A stretch of DNA of 64,000 nt, from assembly GCA_016748015.1 (NCBI GenBank), contig JAAOMT010000684.1, positions 124,001 through 188,000 on the forward strand. The letters are read 5' to 3'. The notes below the pieces were generated by a model. It did no database searches. It saw nothing but the letters and a program-made list of their open reading frames with translations, and was not told the DNA's origin. Of the stretch, positions 12,900 through 26,949 are shown one piece after another. A program made the translations under genes and the position numbers. How positions within the stretch are numbered: position 1 is the first letter of the stretch; the number at the start of each line of letters is the position of its first letter. The stretch comes from Geosiphon pyriformis uo1. Taxonomy: Eukaryota; Fungi; Glomeromycota.

Positions 12900-14807
12900 A
12901 TGGAGAAATCATCCAGAATAGAGGAAAGCATGGTAAAAGAAAATTTCTATTTGGTTCAGCATCTCAATTAACTGAACGTGTTTGAAGAATTGAAGATCTT
13001 GTTATATGTCTATAATCTTTGAAGAAGAAAATTGCTTTCAAGTCTGAGCCCACTAGCCGTTTTAAATTAAACCTTGATCAGGCACAAAGTCCTTTGTCAT
13101 TACTCACCTCTCTAAATAAAGCACAAGGTATTATATCGTTGTCTAAATAATGAAAGTGGAAACATTGTATATATGTAAAAAAATTTAAAAAACCATTATT
13201 CGGTTATATTACTTAAACCTTGATCTCATTAGCTCTCACCTTTGGATGTGCATGGCTTGGTTGGACCTTGAACTCTTTTGATTTTGCAATCTTAATCTAT
13301 GCTTTACCTCATATTGCTGAAGAATTCGATATGAAACCATCAGTGATTGCTTCAAGGTAAAAGATTCTTCTCAGTTTTCTTTATCTAACAATTCAATTTA
13401 ATTCAATTCCATTCATTTTCTCATAAAATTTAACAGCATCACTATCACTTTGTTATTTCGACCGCTTGGTGGCTTAATATTTGGTATAGCTGCAGAACGA
13501 TGGGGGAGAAAATATCCCTTAATGATAAATATAATTTTATTTAGCATGCTAGAACTTGCTTCTGGCTTTGCACCTAATTTCAAAGTATTCTTTGTTTCAC
13601 GTGCCCTTTTTGGGATCGCGATGGGCGGAGAATGGGGGTTAGGTGCAACTTTGACTATGGAAAATTTACCAATAGAAACCCGAGGGTACAAATTTTTTGA
13701 TTTAGTATCAAAGGGTTTTGTATACTAACTGGTTTTAATAATACTAATAATAATATTCCTCGTCAAATTTAAAGATTTTTTTCTGGAATCTTACAGCAAG
13801 GATACCCAATTGGTAGTTTACTAGCTGCTGCACTTTATTATGCTGCGATAAATTCTCTCGGTTGGCGAGCCATGTTTTGGATCGGTTCATTCCCGGCACT
13901 TCTTGTAGTCATAATACGAATTTGGGTGCCAGAATCAGAAGTTTGGCTTCAACAACGTGATCAGCAACGGGTCAATGTGGAGAAATGGTCACAAAAAATC
14001 AAGCAGTTGATAATCAATCATTGGGGAATATTTTCTTATGGAATGCTTCTCATGGGTTCTATGAATTTTTCTCGGGGTATGTCTGCATTACAGAGTACCT
14101 CTAAAACTTTTGTGAATTAATTAATTTTTTTTTTAATTATATATAGGTGTATATGACCTATTTCCGACGTACTTGAAGATACAAATGGGATTTAATCCTA
14201 GAGAACTATTTCTTAGCTCACTGGTTACATGTGTGGGAGCTATTAGTGGTGCGCCCATATCTGGATATTTCTCCCAATACTTAGGACGTAGGCGAACCAT
14301 AATAATTCTCGTGATTCTGCAGACATGTTTTATTCCATTAATTGGATTGGCACAAAATTCTTTTGTCATTATAACCGGATATTTTTTTATCTTTTTTTTT
14401 AATCAAGTAAAAATTTTCTACTTTAGAAATTTCAAAATTTAAGTTACCAAAATTTATTTGAAAATTTATATATTTATTTTCTCAATCAATAGGGCTATTG
14501 GGGAATAATTCCAGCCTATCTTAGCGAAATAGCACCACCATCTGTACGCAATGTCTTTGTCAGTTTAACATCTCAAACCGGCATTCTATTTGGTTCTTAT
14601 ATGGCACAAGCTCATTCTCAATTGGCTGAGAAATTTCCGCTGTCCGATGGGAGACCAAATTATGCGGTAGTTCAGGCAATATCCCTCGCCATCGGTACGG
14701 TATTGGTGGTTACAATTTCTGCATTTGGAAAGGAAGCAAAAGATATCAACTTTAGACAAAACACAGAAGAGAAGGAAAATCTAGAAATAAAAGACATGAA
14801 AATCTAG
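12900..14807 (+). CDS. MFS carboxylate transporter, Jen1/sialate:H+ symporter (SHS) family, multi-exon
   Basis: Exons encode WLGWTLNSFDF, LFRPLGGLIFGIAAERWGRK, RALFGIAMGGEWGLGA, GILQQGY, GRRRT and WGIIPAYLSE, separated by GT-AG introns. The start at 12900 is tentative. Confidence 0.88.
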
Positions 14808-14968
14808 ATTCTAGACTAAAAAATAATCTTATCATTGGTCACTGATCATTTGATGTTGAAAATATTTGTTTCTAAAAATACTCACCAATAATAAAAGTAC
14901 ACGTTTGCATGTTAAATATAAATAATGTTTCCATCCCAAACTACTTCATCCAACGTTAAAAATTATCC

Positions 14969-17796
14969 ATGTTTCCAATTGAGGAATTCGATTATAACAA
15001 GCAAACAGTTATTCTTCCAGGGAGCAAACAACCTGGACAAACAGGTTAAAAACTGAAAGTCCCTATCTATAAATTATTTTAAAACATGAATTGATTAACC
15101 CTTCAATTATTTTCAAAGGAATATATAGAAATGCTCTCTCACCGGATAAACTCATTAAAAAATGGCACCCTGAAATCAGCACTATGTATGAAAATTTCCA
15201 ATATGGTGAGTAAACTGAGCGCTTGCAAATTAATACAAACAAAAAAGGATAGGTATTTATAAACATTACAATTTTCGTTATCAAGCTCTTAAAAAAAGGC
15301 CAGATAATCGATGCTTAGGCCACCGTCCATTTAATCACCAAACTAAGACTTTTGAAGATTACTCATGGCAAACTTATGCTCAAGTTCATGAAAGATTTAC
15401 TCGGTTTGGTAGTGGATTATTACATATAAGCGAGCATGTCATAGGAAACCGTGGATCGACAAAATTTCATGTGGCAGTCTGGTCTCGTAATCGCCCCGAG
15501 GTAATTTTCGTTATTTTCTCGATTAATTATGAGTATCTAAAACAAGCTCTTCATTCTCTCTCTAGCACCATATTACAGATCAAGCTTTAGCCGCCTATAA
15601 TCTTGTTTCAGTACCTCTTTATGACACCGTTGGCACTGAAGATCTTGTTTATTGTCTGAATCATGCGGAAATTCCAATTATTGTTTGCTCGGCAGACCAC
15701 TTGGTAAATTTGTTGGAAGTAAAAGATCAGATTCCTGGTTTGAAAGTGATCATTTCCATGGATGACCTCGTTCAAATCTCAACATATGCGTCAAATCCAG
15801 TTTCATCATATTCAATATCAGACTCCCATAAGGCATGGGCCTCTAGCAAAGGTGTTTCCCTCTTTAACTTTGTAGAAATAGAGAATATTGGGAAGGAATA
15901 TCCGCGGGAACACATTCCACCAAGGCCGCAAGATCTCTTTCTCATCATGTACACTTCAGGCACAACCGGAACATCAAAAGGAGTCATGATGACTCACGAA
16001 AACATAAATTCTGCATTGTCTGGCATTGCTGCCAATCTACCTTACTCTGACCTTCAAATTATAATATCTTATTTGCCACTTGCTCATATTTTTGGTCGTC
16101 AAGTTGAAGCGATTGTTATTCAAGCATGTGGTGCTATTGGTTATTATCATGGCGACCCTTTAAGCCTTCTTGAAGATGCGCAGTTGTTGAAACCTACTCT
16201 TTTTGCCTCTGTCCCTCGTTTTTGGAATGCACTTTACTCTGCTATTGCACCAATTACCTTTGACGCTAAAGGCTTCAAGGGTGCACTTGCACGCCGTGGT
16301 ATTGCAGTAAAACTAAGCAATCTTGAACAATATGGGACCATAACCCACCCACTTTGGGATCGTCTGATGTTTAATAAGATTAAAGGACTTCTTGGTGGTA
16401 ATGTAAAACTAATAATAACAGCCGCAGCTCCAATTGGACGAGATATAATTCAGTTTCTCAGAATTGCTTTTGGTGCGGTGGTACTTGAAGGTAATTCAAG
16501 GGAAAACCTCTAAACTTTTGATTGATCCTCATGTTAAATGATTTCAATTCATGTTAATTAGCATATGGCCAAACTGAGACGCACGGTGGTTCATGCATCC
16601 AAGGTTTGTTACCAAACCTTTTACATTTAAATATATAATATATGAAATTAATCATGATTTTTGAAAAGTTTATGGTGACATGTTACCGGGAAATGTGGGA
16701 ATCCCCTATGTGAGGTAATGAAATTTGGATCTCCTTTATGTTGTAAATTCTTTCACCTTGCTTATGAGTTAGGTTATTATTAAAGTTCAGAGATAAAGCT
16801 TGTTGATATCCCATCAATGGGATATACAAGTGAAGATAAACCTTACCCTCGGGGAGAAGTGTGTGTCCGTGGCCACACCCTGATGACAGGCTATTTCAAG
16901 GACGAAGAAAAAACTCGTGAGACAATCGATCAAGTAAATCAGCGTTTATTCGACGTTAACTGAGCCGTGAAATTTTGAAAGTGGATTAACTTTTATTCCT
17001 TTGACTATAAAAAGGAAGGTTGGCTGCATAGTGGTGACGTTGGGCATATTGACGAACGAGGATGTTTAGTTATCTTTGATCGTGTCAAAAATATCTTTAA
17101 ATTATCACAGGGCGAATATATTGCCCCTGAGAAGGTATAAAAATAGAGATAATTGGGTTTGATTGTTTTTTTTGAAGGTCAATTTAATTGAATCTCTTTA
17201 TATTCAGATTGAACAAGTTTACCTTAGGCTTCCCATTATTGCACAACTGTACGTCCATGGTGACTCATTACAATCCGAATTAGTGGGCATACTTGTTCCT
17301 AATCCCGATAACTTTGTGCCCTGGGCCAACAAGGAAATTATTGGTGAGTATAATTTTCAAACGCTTGTAAAAGATAAAAGAGTACAAAAGGCTTTATTGG
17401 AAAAAATGAATCAAATTGGACGGCAGAGTGGATTAAGAGGGTAAGCATATAATTGTGCAAGTTATTCTTGAGGTCAAAGGATCAAAAAACTTGTTCCTCT
17501 AATGATTTGTTTCTTTCAAATAGGTATGAGCTGGTGAAAAAGATTTTTATTGAGATTGAACCATTTTCAATCGAGAATGGCTTGTTAACTCCTACGTAAG
17601 GCCCTCTCCTATTAATACAAAGCTTTGCAGGTTCCAGTGCTTCACATTTCTCATCAAAAAAAACATTCTCGTTTCTAGGTTAAAAGTGAAACGTCAAGTT
17701 GCCGAAAAAAAATACAGGACACATATTGATAAAATGTATAAAAATAAAGAAATTTTATCATTATCAAGTCCGTCTCTCAATCTCGCAAAGTTATAG
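14969..17796 (+). CDS. Long-chain fatty acyl-CoA synthetase (Faa/ACSL family), multi-exon, C-terminal PTS1 (AKL)
   Basis: AMP-binding [74 protein letters not shown]; the last exon ends NLAKL-stop. Confidence 0.95.
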
Positions 17797-19110
17797 TGCA
17801 ATAAGATTTTGTGGCGAAAGTTAAACTCGAAATAAAATGCTATTTAATCTTTTATTTTGTTCGTTGTCATGACCACTTAAGCTCTGACAGTAAATTTCAA
17901 TAGCTTAGTGTGAAATTTACAATAATTCATCGAATTTAAACTTGACCTCATGAAAAAAACTTGAATAGGTACTGCTGGAATTATAAAATCTTAATTTTCA
18001 ATATGTAATAGTTTTGATTCAAATATTGAAATCAAAAAGTCTTCAAAAAAATCAAATTTGCATATCATGTTACCAATTTTTATTAAAGCTATTAAAAATA
18101 GTCCTAGCCCTTCTCCTTCAATACATTTATTATTTGGGAAGAATCAAAAGTTCATGCTCTTCCGAAGCTTTCAGTCTAATTGGCTGAAAGTAGTCTTGTG
18201 GATCCCAAAAATGGGGAAGTTCCCTCACCAAACATTGATCACTATGCATGATTATTGGACCAAAAATAATTAAAATTCAAAAAATATTTCGACCTTTCGA
18301 TTTTCAACATTTGTTGATGCCTTTCAGAAGACATCTATTGGCTGTTTCCAATTTGTTTTTCTTATCGCATCAAATTTAAAATCACGTTTATTTTTCGTGA
18401 TATCAAGAATAGGTCGCTTTTTTTCGATTCTCGAAACATTGTAATTTTTCAAGTTTACATCTTGAAAGCAAATTTAATTCCCAAGTTCGAGATCTGTATC
18501 ATGAAAACACTGGGTTTCCTTTCTTTAACCTTTTAGTGAATTTTTTATATATTCTCGGAAATTTAAATCTTTAGGGTATTATGTTTGAAGGGAAAAACTC
18601 CTATACCCTATTTGTATTACAGTTCTTATCTCCTTTTCAGGTAAATTTGAATAATCTAGGGAGAGTTCCTTGTTGCTATTTATCTCTTAGGTCACTGATG
18701 CTCCTGCATATGCATGATTGTAGATTAATTCTTGATGATTAACATCCTTAATAGGATCACAGGTATACGGGTGTTGGCAATTTTGGATAAAAGCCTGTTG
18801 AAATTTGGTCAAGGATTAATCGTATTTAATTTACGTAGAAGTATTTATTTTTATTTATTTCTGCTTTTTTTCCATGCGGTTTTGATAAGGAAACAAAAAC
18901 TTAAAGGTTTCTATATATAGGAATAATAGTGAAGAGATTGTCTATTGTCGTCTATGTGTACGCTCTTGCTAATTCTGACAAAATAATATAAAATAAACTT
19001 TAAATTCATTAAGAAAAAAACAAATTATGATTATTGAATTCTGACAATCTACAAATTCATATATCTAGCTTTGGCATATTCAATCACCAATTAGTTTAGA
19101 TTATGATCAT

Positions 19111-20030
19111 TTAACTGTATCTCACCCCAATATTTTGCTGGAAAAAATTCGACGTTATCTGAATGACCTCATCGACTCTTTTTGCAATCAGTTGTTTTGA
19201 AAAATCACCTTGTGAGCTGGCGAAACCATGAGGCATGTCTTCGAACCTTTTATGGATTATCTGATGACCAAATGGCTCTTTTCTTAGATACTCTGTGAAT
19301 GGCCTCTAATCAAAGAAGAAAATTTCAGAAATAAAAGGGAAATTAGGGATATTTTTCATATAGTAAAAAGTAACAATAAGATAGGGCTCTCTCACACTTA
19401 CAAAGTCTGGCTCGTCTTTTGAGAGAAGAATTGCTATAGGACATTGAACCCCGATTGCATCATCATCATTTACTAATACAGGATGTATCATTACAGAAGC
19501 TGTGAACGCGTCTTCATAAGATGCTAATACCGCCAATTTACCACCCCAACAAAGACCAAGAATTCCAAAATTTTCTGCTCCATCGTTCCTCAATTCAGCT
19601 ACAACATTTTGAATGTCATCTAAAACATTCTCCCATGGGATATTTTTATTCATCCAATCTATAAATGCCTGTATTCTATACAATAGAAGTAGTAACCTAA
19701 AATTATCATTTTTTCGAGAAGAAACTCAAAAAAAATGAAGGCATATTAAAATATAAATTACCCTTCAGCCCTTAACCGTTCGATACCCCACCAATTACCA
19801 CGAAAGAAATCAGGCATTACTACACGATAGCCTTGGGCAGCAAGTAGATCACATATCTGTTCCAAATTTGGATGAAACCCAACAAATTCGTAAGCACAAA
19901 TTATGGCCTTTTTTGAATTTCTCGACCCGCTGTCATATGCTGTCATATTTGCAATTTCTATATATGAACCAACTGCTTCATAATCGCTTTGCACGGATGG
20001 AATTGATCTACCAACTGCCACAGGAGACAT
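19111..20030 (-). CDS. Dienelactone hydrolase family protein (3 exons)
   Basis: GYRVVMPDFFRG, nucleophile motif GLCWGG, C-terminal HGFAS. ATG at 20030, stop at 19111-19113. Confidence 0.92.
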
Positions 20031-23000
20031 TATGAGAAAAAAATATTGTTCATGTATAAAATTAGAAGTTGAAAAATCAATACTTTTAAAGACAATTCTT
20101 CTCTTTTTATACAACTAATCTGATAGAATTTAGTCAACAAACAAAAATTTACAATTGGACCTCTCATGATCGATCGCAGGCATTGTTAACTAATGTGACG
20201 TCATTAAAACATCTAAGTAGTTCTCTTTATGGTTAATTATTAACCCTAAAGAGATCCATTAAAAGAGATCTGGATCACAATTTTTGTTATCTTCAAATGA
20301 ATTTTGCGATTTGGATAATTTTCTTTTAATCGAGAAATTAAGTTCAGAGGCTTAATAGAAAACATATCATAAAGAATCTAAAATCGCATGATTAAAATTT
20401 ATGAAAATATGTGACCTGAAAATAAAAATCATGAGATTCATTGTTTTTAGGATCGTTTATTAAATTGTTATTTAGTAGTTTCTCTACAACGAGATATTTT
20501 AAACCTTTCTCAGATTGGGCTCTCAACTTGATGGTATCTTTTTATTTTTAACGAGTTTGACATATTTCAAGGTAAAATTCCTTAAATAATAAACATATGA
20601 ATAGAAGAATCGATAGATTATGTTCATGGTTTATTTACATTAATTGAATCGTATCGAGAAATTAAAAGAACTTATGCAATTCTAAGTCAAATTAAATTGA
20701 TCTCAAATTATTGGCATAATATATGCTATGATGACATCGGGTAATTATTTTACATATTTATTTTTGTGTAGCAAGACTTATTATGACAATATATCTAAAA
20801 TATCTTGAAGTGCACTATTAATGCTGAGTAGACGTTCAAATTTTTTCTTTTACCTTTAAGCGTCATTGTTAAAAACATTCCGAAAGATTCAATTTAGCAA
20901 AACGTGTCATTTGAAAATGTGCTTAGAAATTAAGTAAGACAATAGAACAAAAAATTGGTCCAGACCACAAAATTAAGCGATCAAAAGATCTTTTAAATTT
21001 AATATGTCAATGACTATTATGTAAGTATTAATAAAGGAGATAAATAAGCCGGAAGTCTGGAAAAATCTGAGGACGTCAAAAAAAACTCGGTACAAATATG
21101 ATAAAAAGATCTAATTTTGTTTCTTTAAGCTCTCGCACACTTTTCGGTTAATGAAGTTACCAATTAATCCCAAGAGCAACGTCAGCCTAACACATATAGA
21201 AAACATACTTATAAGCAACCAAACAATGCCTTCATGATAAATGCTAACCCTAATCAGTTGTTGGGATAACATAAACTCCTTAATAAACAATGAAATCTAT
21301 AAAAAGTCACAAAAGTGTTTAGTTGTCATGGATCCAAATAGAATATTAGACAAGCGGATTTCTAATGATTCACATGAATTCATATTGACTAAAATGAAAT
21401 TATGCAATCTCTTACTTACGCTAATGAATAGAACAGACTCAAGTCCTTCGCGGAAAACGAAAACAAAATAAAAAATAAACAATGCTGTTTTTTTTTGTTT
21501 TTCCATGGCAGATCTCAATTTGCTTTCCTAATGACAATCATAGCAATCAAAGTGAACATTCCCTTGGAAGGGGAGATTGATAAATATTCTGAAGAAGGAA
21601 AAAGTGCCGAAAAAGGAAGGCATCAGTCTTTCGTATTATTAGACTGGGTTTGGGATCAAGAACCCCGATTCATTAGGTTTTTGAATTTTATAGGGTTTAA
21701 TGATGGCGTAAAAAAAATATAAAGATTGCGCCAACGAAAATAGCAAAATAGTTTAAGCTAAATTTTCGGCCCAGATTTATTTTTTTAAAATTTATCACAA
21801 AGCATCGTTATTCAGGTACAAAAGGGAAATTAAAATCACAGAAAATAATGAGGCACTCACTGTGGGATATTAATTAAAAACAAACTGGGAGAAGGTAAGA
21901 AAATGCGATTCGACTTTCCCTCGAAAAATTTTTGAACTAGACACGCTTGATTGTCAAACAATGGTCTCCATTTAAGGCAAAATAAACAATTCAATGATCT
22001 TTTTACATGAATTGAAAAAAGTTTGTTAAATATTAATGAAAAACAAATGCTGTCATCTGCAAAAGAAAAAAGATTGGTTAATTGAAATAATTTTCTTGGT
22101 ATTTCTTATAGAAGGTGGAATTTTTTTCTAATAATTCAAGTCTCAAAGAAAATCCTGTTCATTCATAAATTCTTCTTTAAACTGAAATTTTTTTTAAAAA
22201 GAAATCGTTTATTTAGCGCAAGAATTTCTACCAGCTTACCCTCTAATTTTTTTTAATGTAAAAATGAATTAGGAAATGTTCAACTTTTTTTGAAAAGTTT
22301 TTATTGCTAAATTAGTATTGTAAAGAAACAGACTTCACCTTTCTTCTTACAAGTTTCGATCCTCAGGATGCTTCAGGTTGCCATCAAAAACTGATACCAT
22401 GTTTTTCTTTTACTGAGGCGCTTTTAATGTTGTTTGCATATCAGCAATAAATATTGATAAATTTATAATTCCTTTGGAAAGTTATTTGATTTAACGAAAA
22501 GCAGTAAGACGTATGGGATGCTAGCAATATTAACTTTCGAGTTTTTTGCTTTTCAAGGTAGTATTTTTTTTCAATTTTATAAATTTCTGCTTAAAAGAGA
22601 AGATTATAACCTTAAGATCTAATGATTAAATTTTCTTTGTTTCGTTCTAGATTTTAAACGTTATGATGCATATTTTAATTAGTAGTACTCGAGATTAAGG
22701 GGCTTTTCAAAGCTTAATTTGCAAAAGAGAAAGGTTTAAAATTTGCTCATACTTTTATGTGTAATGACAATAGAAACTAAAAATGAAAAACCTTATTTCT
22801 ATTTTAAATTCTGAATATTTTTTATGTTTTAAATTCTTAATCACATGAATATATAAATACAACTATTAAAACTAAATTTAAACTGTGCTATGTTAAAAAT
22901 CAATATTCTTCAACAGCAAAATAGTTTTTGACATAAAGAGCTGGATGGATCATTCACCTCCGTAAAAGTAAAATATCGGTCAGAAAATGAATTATAATAT

Positions 23001-24659
23001 TCTTTAGCAGCATTTACTTTGGCAAGAATTTCCAACAATCAATTTTAATATAAACTTTATTAGCTTTAGCCTTAGCAAATTTTAACAGCTGGCCAAAATA
23101 TAAAACAAACCAGCTCATTTATGTATTAGATGTGAAATTTACAGCCATTTTGCTAAGAACTAATATTTATAAACAATTACCACTTAACAATGTGAAATGA
23201 ATTTTGTACCACATGATTAATAACAATTCTTCTCGAAAACATAAACATATAAACAATATTTTATATCATTCAATCAAAAATGAAACAACTTTTTTTAAAC
23301 AAACTCAATTAAAACTTTATAGAGGTGTAATTTTTATGCTTCTCAAAATGACTTTTTAGATTCTTTTATTTTTAAATTTGTGTTTAAAATTTATAATTTT
23401 CATATTTATTATTTAAATGACTGATTTTTTTGTGTTAATTTATTAATTTGTTTGTCTTATTTATGTATTCTTGTGTATTTTATTAAAATATAAAATTAAA
23501 AATATATTATAAATTAAAACATAACTTTGATAATAATAAAATAATATTGCAACATAATCTACAAATATTTGTGGCTTATTTTTCTTTTATTTTTAAAATT
23601 TTACAATTAAATTATTTAATTGTTTATTTTAAGATGTTTTGTTGAATATGAAAGCTTTTTTAGTAAATTAATTTTTAAAATTTAATAATATTAAAATTTG
23701 ATTATAATTATTTTAATATTGATTTTAAAAATATTGATAATTTTTGGCTCTTTTAAGTATAAATGAAAATAATAACTTTTATTGATTTTTTTAATATAAA
23801 GCAAGGATAATCATAGAATTAAGAAAGCTTTGTTTAATTTATAATTTGTCATTGGAGCTTTTTATTGGAAGAGAGCCAAGCAATCATGGAACATTAAGAA
23901 GAGATTAAATTTTGAGTTATTGTTAATTGCTAATGAGCAAACGTTACGGAAGAGCTATATCCAAAATTTTTGTTACCTTCTTGCGTACTAATTCTCTCCA
24001 ATGATATTCTTGAAGGATCCAAGAAAATCAAATTTAAGGTCTAAAGCTTAAATTCTTAAAAAGCTTTCCCATTGGTTTTTTTCTCCTCGTCAACTTGCCC
24101 ATTATAAATTTCAACAATTTGTGAATTAATTATACTTTTCACAGATTTTAATTTAGTTTATCGATCTGTTTTCTAAAGTCCTTGAATTACCTGCTCAAGT
24201 CTAGTTTAAACAAGCTTTTTTCAAGATTCCACAAGATAACACTGAGCTCTTTCCAAGAGACATATTTGGCTTCCTGAAAATACAAGTCGTCAAAATAAGT
24301 AGTACGAGTGATCTTAAAATTCAACACGCATGAGGTATTAAAACGTAATTGGATTTGAATCTATCCGATATATACATATAGTGAACTACTAAAAGAGTTT
24401 TTGGCATGCCGAGAGATATGGTGAGCAATGCAGTTCATATTAAGGTTCCTTATCTGTGGTGTTGGCCATAGTTCCAGATTATTAGATTTAAACCTAACCT
24501 TTTTTATAGTTTAAAACATTCGAATGGCATATCTAGGGAAGCATACATTTCAGAGATTGACTTTACCTCACACTTAACAGCTCCAAAAAGTCGCAAATTA
24601 AAGAATGGCCGACATTGCAAAATTGGTTGATGTATGTACTGCCTTGCTGGTCATTCAAT

Positions 24660-25149
24660 ATGTTGTCCGATTCTGAAAGCTTTATTTTTTAATCTGGAAA
24701 TTCAGGACCAAATTACTCAAAATTCTATCGCTGTCTATGGCAAGACCAAATGTCCACACACTATAAAGAATCATTTGAAAAGTTAGGCTACAACTTTTTT
24801 ACATTGGATCTTGATACCATAGGTATAAAAAACGTTCTTGTACAGAAAATTTCAAAATCTAAAGATCTCTGATTTCAAAGTGTAAAACCGATCATTATAT
24901 TCTAAATATTACTTGACAGCCAATGGTCAAGCTATTAAAGACTACGTTTTAAGAAAGACCAACAAAAAAACGGATCCATATATTTTCATCAATCAAAAAC
25001 ACATTGGGGGCAAGTTATGTTTCATTATCACTTTTGCCTTGGAAAAATTCCCTTAATCAAAATTTTTTGGCCTTTCAAATTATCTAGGTAACGATGAATT
25101 AGAAATCGCAATAGCCAATGGAACCTTGGAAAGTCTTATCAAAGGTTGA
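24660..25149 (+). pseudogene. Glutaredoxin-like gene with frameshifts (absent from the ORF track)
   Basis: Segments read IQDQITQNSIAVYGKTKCPHT / ESFEKLGYNFFTLDLD / NGQAIKDYVLRKTNKKTDPYIFINQKHIGGNDELEIAIANGTLESLIKG-stop. Two introns, the second with a GCAAGT donor at 25010. Frameshift after CPHTI. Confidence 0.8.
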
Positions 25150-25409
25150 GGCTTTTATTTTTTTAGATATCGGGTGGCTACGAACTGGTCAAGATAGATT
25201 AATGTTGACTGTTCATTCAAAATTTATAAGTTTTTAATTATCTTCCTGATTGGGTAAATTACCAAAATGAGAAAAATAATTTTTCGGCTTTCAATTGTAA
25301 AATAATCGAAATAATTTAAATTTAGTTGTTCTACTTCCAATATGATAAAGATGTTAATTTTTTAAAAGACAACATTTCAGAATGCATCTTTAAAATTATA
25401 AAGCTTGAA

Positions 25410-25640
25410 AAAGGGTTAGATCCGGACTACACGACAGCCAGTCAATAACTTCGGGTACATTTTCCGCAAGGAAAGCCTTAGCTATTCGACTTGTGTGCTT
25501 GGGATCTTTATCTTCTTGAAAGCACCACTTCTTCCCAAATTTCAATGTAAAACTTAGGATTCATGATACGCCGAAAAAAAATTGGATAAACTGGCGATTT
25601 TTTTTGTACCAATGTTTAATTGAACAGTTGAAATGTTATC
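25410..25640 (-). mobile_element. Degenerate Tc1/mariner DDE transposase relic (copy 2)
   Basis: The minus strand reads GKKWCFQEDKDPKHTSRIAKAFLAENVPEVIDWLSCSPDL, matching Tc1 FQQDNDPKH...WPSxSPDLNPIE; homologous to ~3700-3950. Confidence 0.88.
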
Positions 25641-25764
25641 ATTAAGATGAAATTTGGCCCATTCAACATGTTTTTGCTTTTGAAATTTCATAGAATTTTC
25701 ATATATACAAGTGATTTTAAATGTGCGATATAAAATGTCTACTTCAGTTTAGTAGTTTTTCGCA

Positions 25765-26320
25765 GAGAGTACCTTGGTCCCTAGCGAATCAAGACATATT
25801 GCTCGCGCAGCGTTTATCACTGACCTAGGTCTATGTCAGCCGGCTAATTCTTTTGGAGAAAATAAAATTTATGGGGTTCTCCCATTCGTTGCGCCAGAGG
25901 TTTTGAAAGGTCAACCATATACTCAAGCCTGCGATGTCTATGGTTATTTACGAGCTTTATACGGGACGTGTCCCTTTCTGTGAAAGAGCTTTTGACAATT
26001 ATTTAGCACTTGATATATGTAAAGGGGTTAGGCCAACGCTTCCTTATCATATCCCGAAATGCCTAGCTGAAATAATCACCCAATGTTGGGATCCAGATCC
26101 TACAAACCGCCCTAATGCCAAAGATTTGAATAAAAGTGTCATGTCGTTTCAAACATCTGATTATAATGCATTTAAAAAGGCAGATAAACAAAGACTGAAA
26201 AAGCATGTATCTGAAAACGTCTTCACATCAATGTGTACAAGCAAGCTTCTTGAAGTTCAAGATGACCTTTATATTAGTGCTCTTAAAACTCTAGTGTTTT
26301 TTTTATCAGATGACGAATGA
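25765..26320 (+). pseudogene. 5'-truncated, frameshifted TKL-like protein kinase (C-lobe only)
   Basis: ITDLGLC, YGVLPFVAPEVLKG, DVY then frameshift, CWDPDPTNRP; no N-lobe or HRD segment visible upstream. Confidence 0.85.
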
Positions 26321-26949
26321 AGATAACACATAGTCCCTTTAAATTAAACATTTTTCTTAAAACTTCAATAAAACATATTGTGAAAATGAAATTAATTGCA
26401 AATATTCAAATCAAGACTACAAATTCGCCAGTAAGTCAAAATTTGATATCCTCAAAGTAAAAATTGTTAATCTAAATGCTTCTTGAGGAAACCATTAATA
26501 CAGACTGAATGACTTCAATTTATTTACTATTAGATATCGAATCTAAAGTAATTTGTTCATGCAAGCGAAGCTTTTTGTAAACTATGATTTTCAAGATAGA
26601 GCCTGAAAATGCAGAAAGTTATTTCACCTGACTTTAATGATGTTTTTTATGAAAATAACCTATTTTTCTCGATACATGTCCCGTAATCTTCTTGCGATGA
26701 CCATTACCGCATTTGTGCTTAAAATTTCCTGCTTTTTGACATTGTACTGTGCGATTGAGATATGGAGGTTAGTAAGTTTCCTTAATTTTGAGACGGAATA
26801 TTCACCCTGATTACAAAAGTATAATAGCTTTGTCTTGCTACGTTTCTTGATTGACTAATTTATTTATTTCTAATGTGAATTATGCAAATTAAATTCCGCT
26901 TTATTTGGATTGGATAAAAAAATGAAACATCAAGTTTTTTTGTCACACA

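Noticed and set aside
21241-21722. Short overlapping ORFs
   Set aside because: No recognisable motifs or splice structure; expected by chance in AT-rich DNA.
23860-24600. Slightly GC-richer stretch that might be a decayed gene
   Set aside because: No family-diagnostic motif could be read in any frame.
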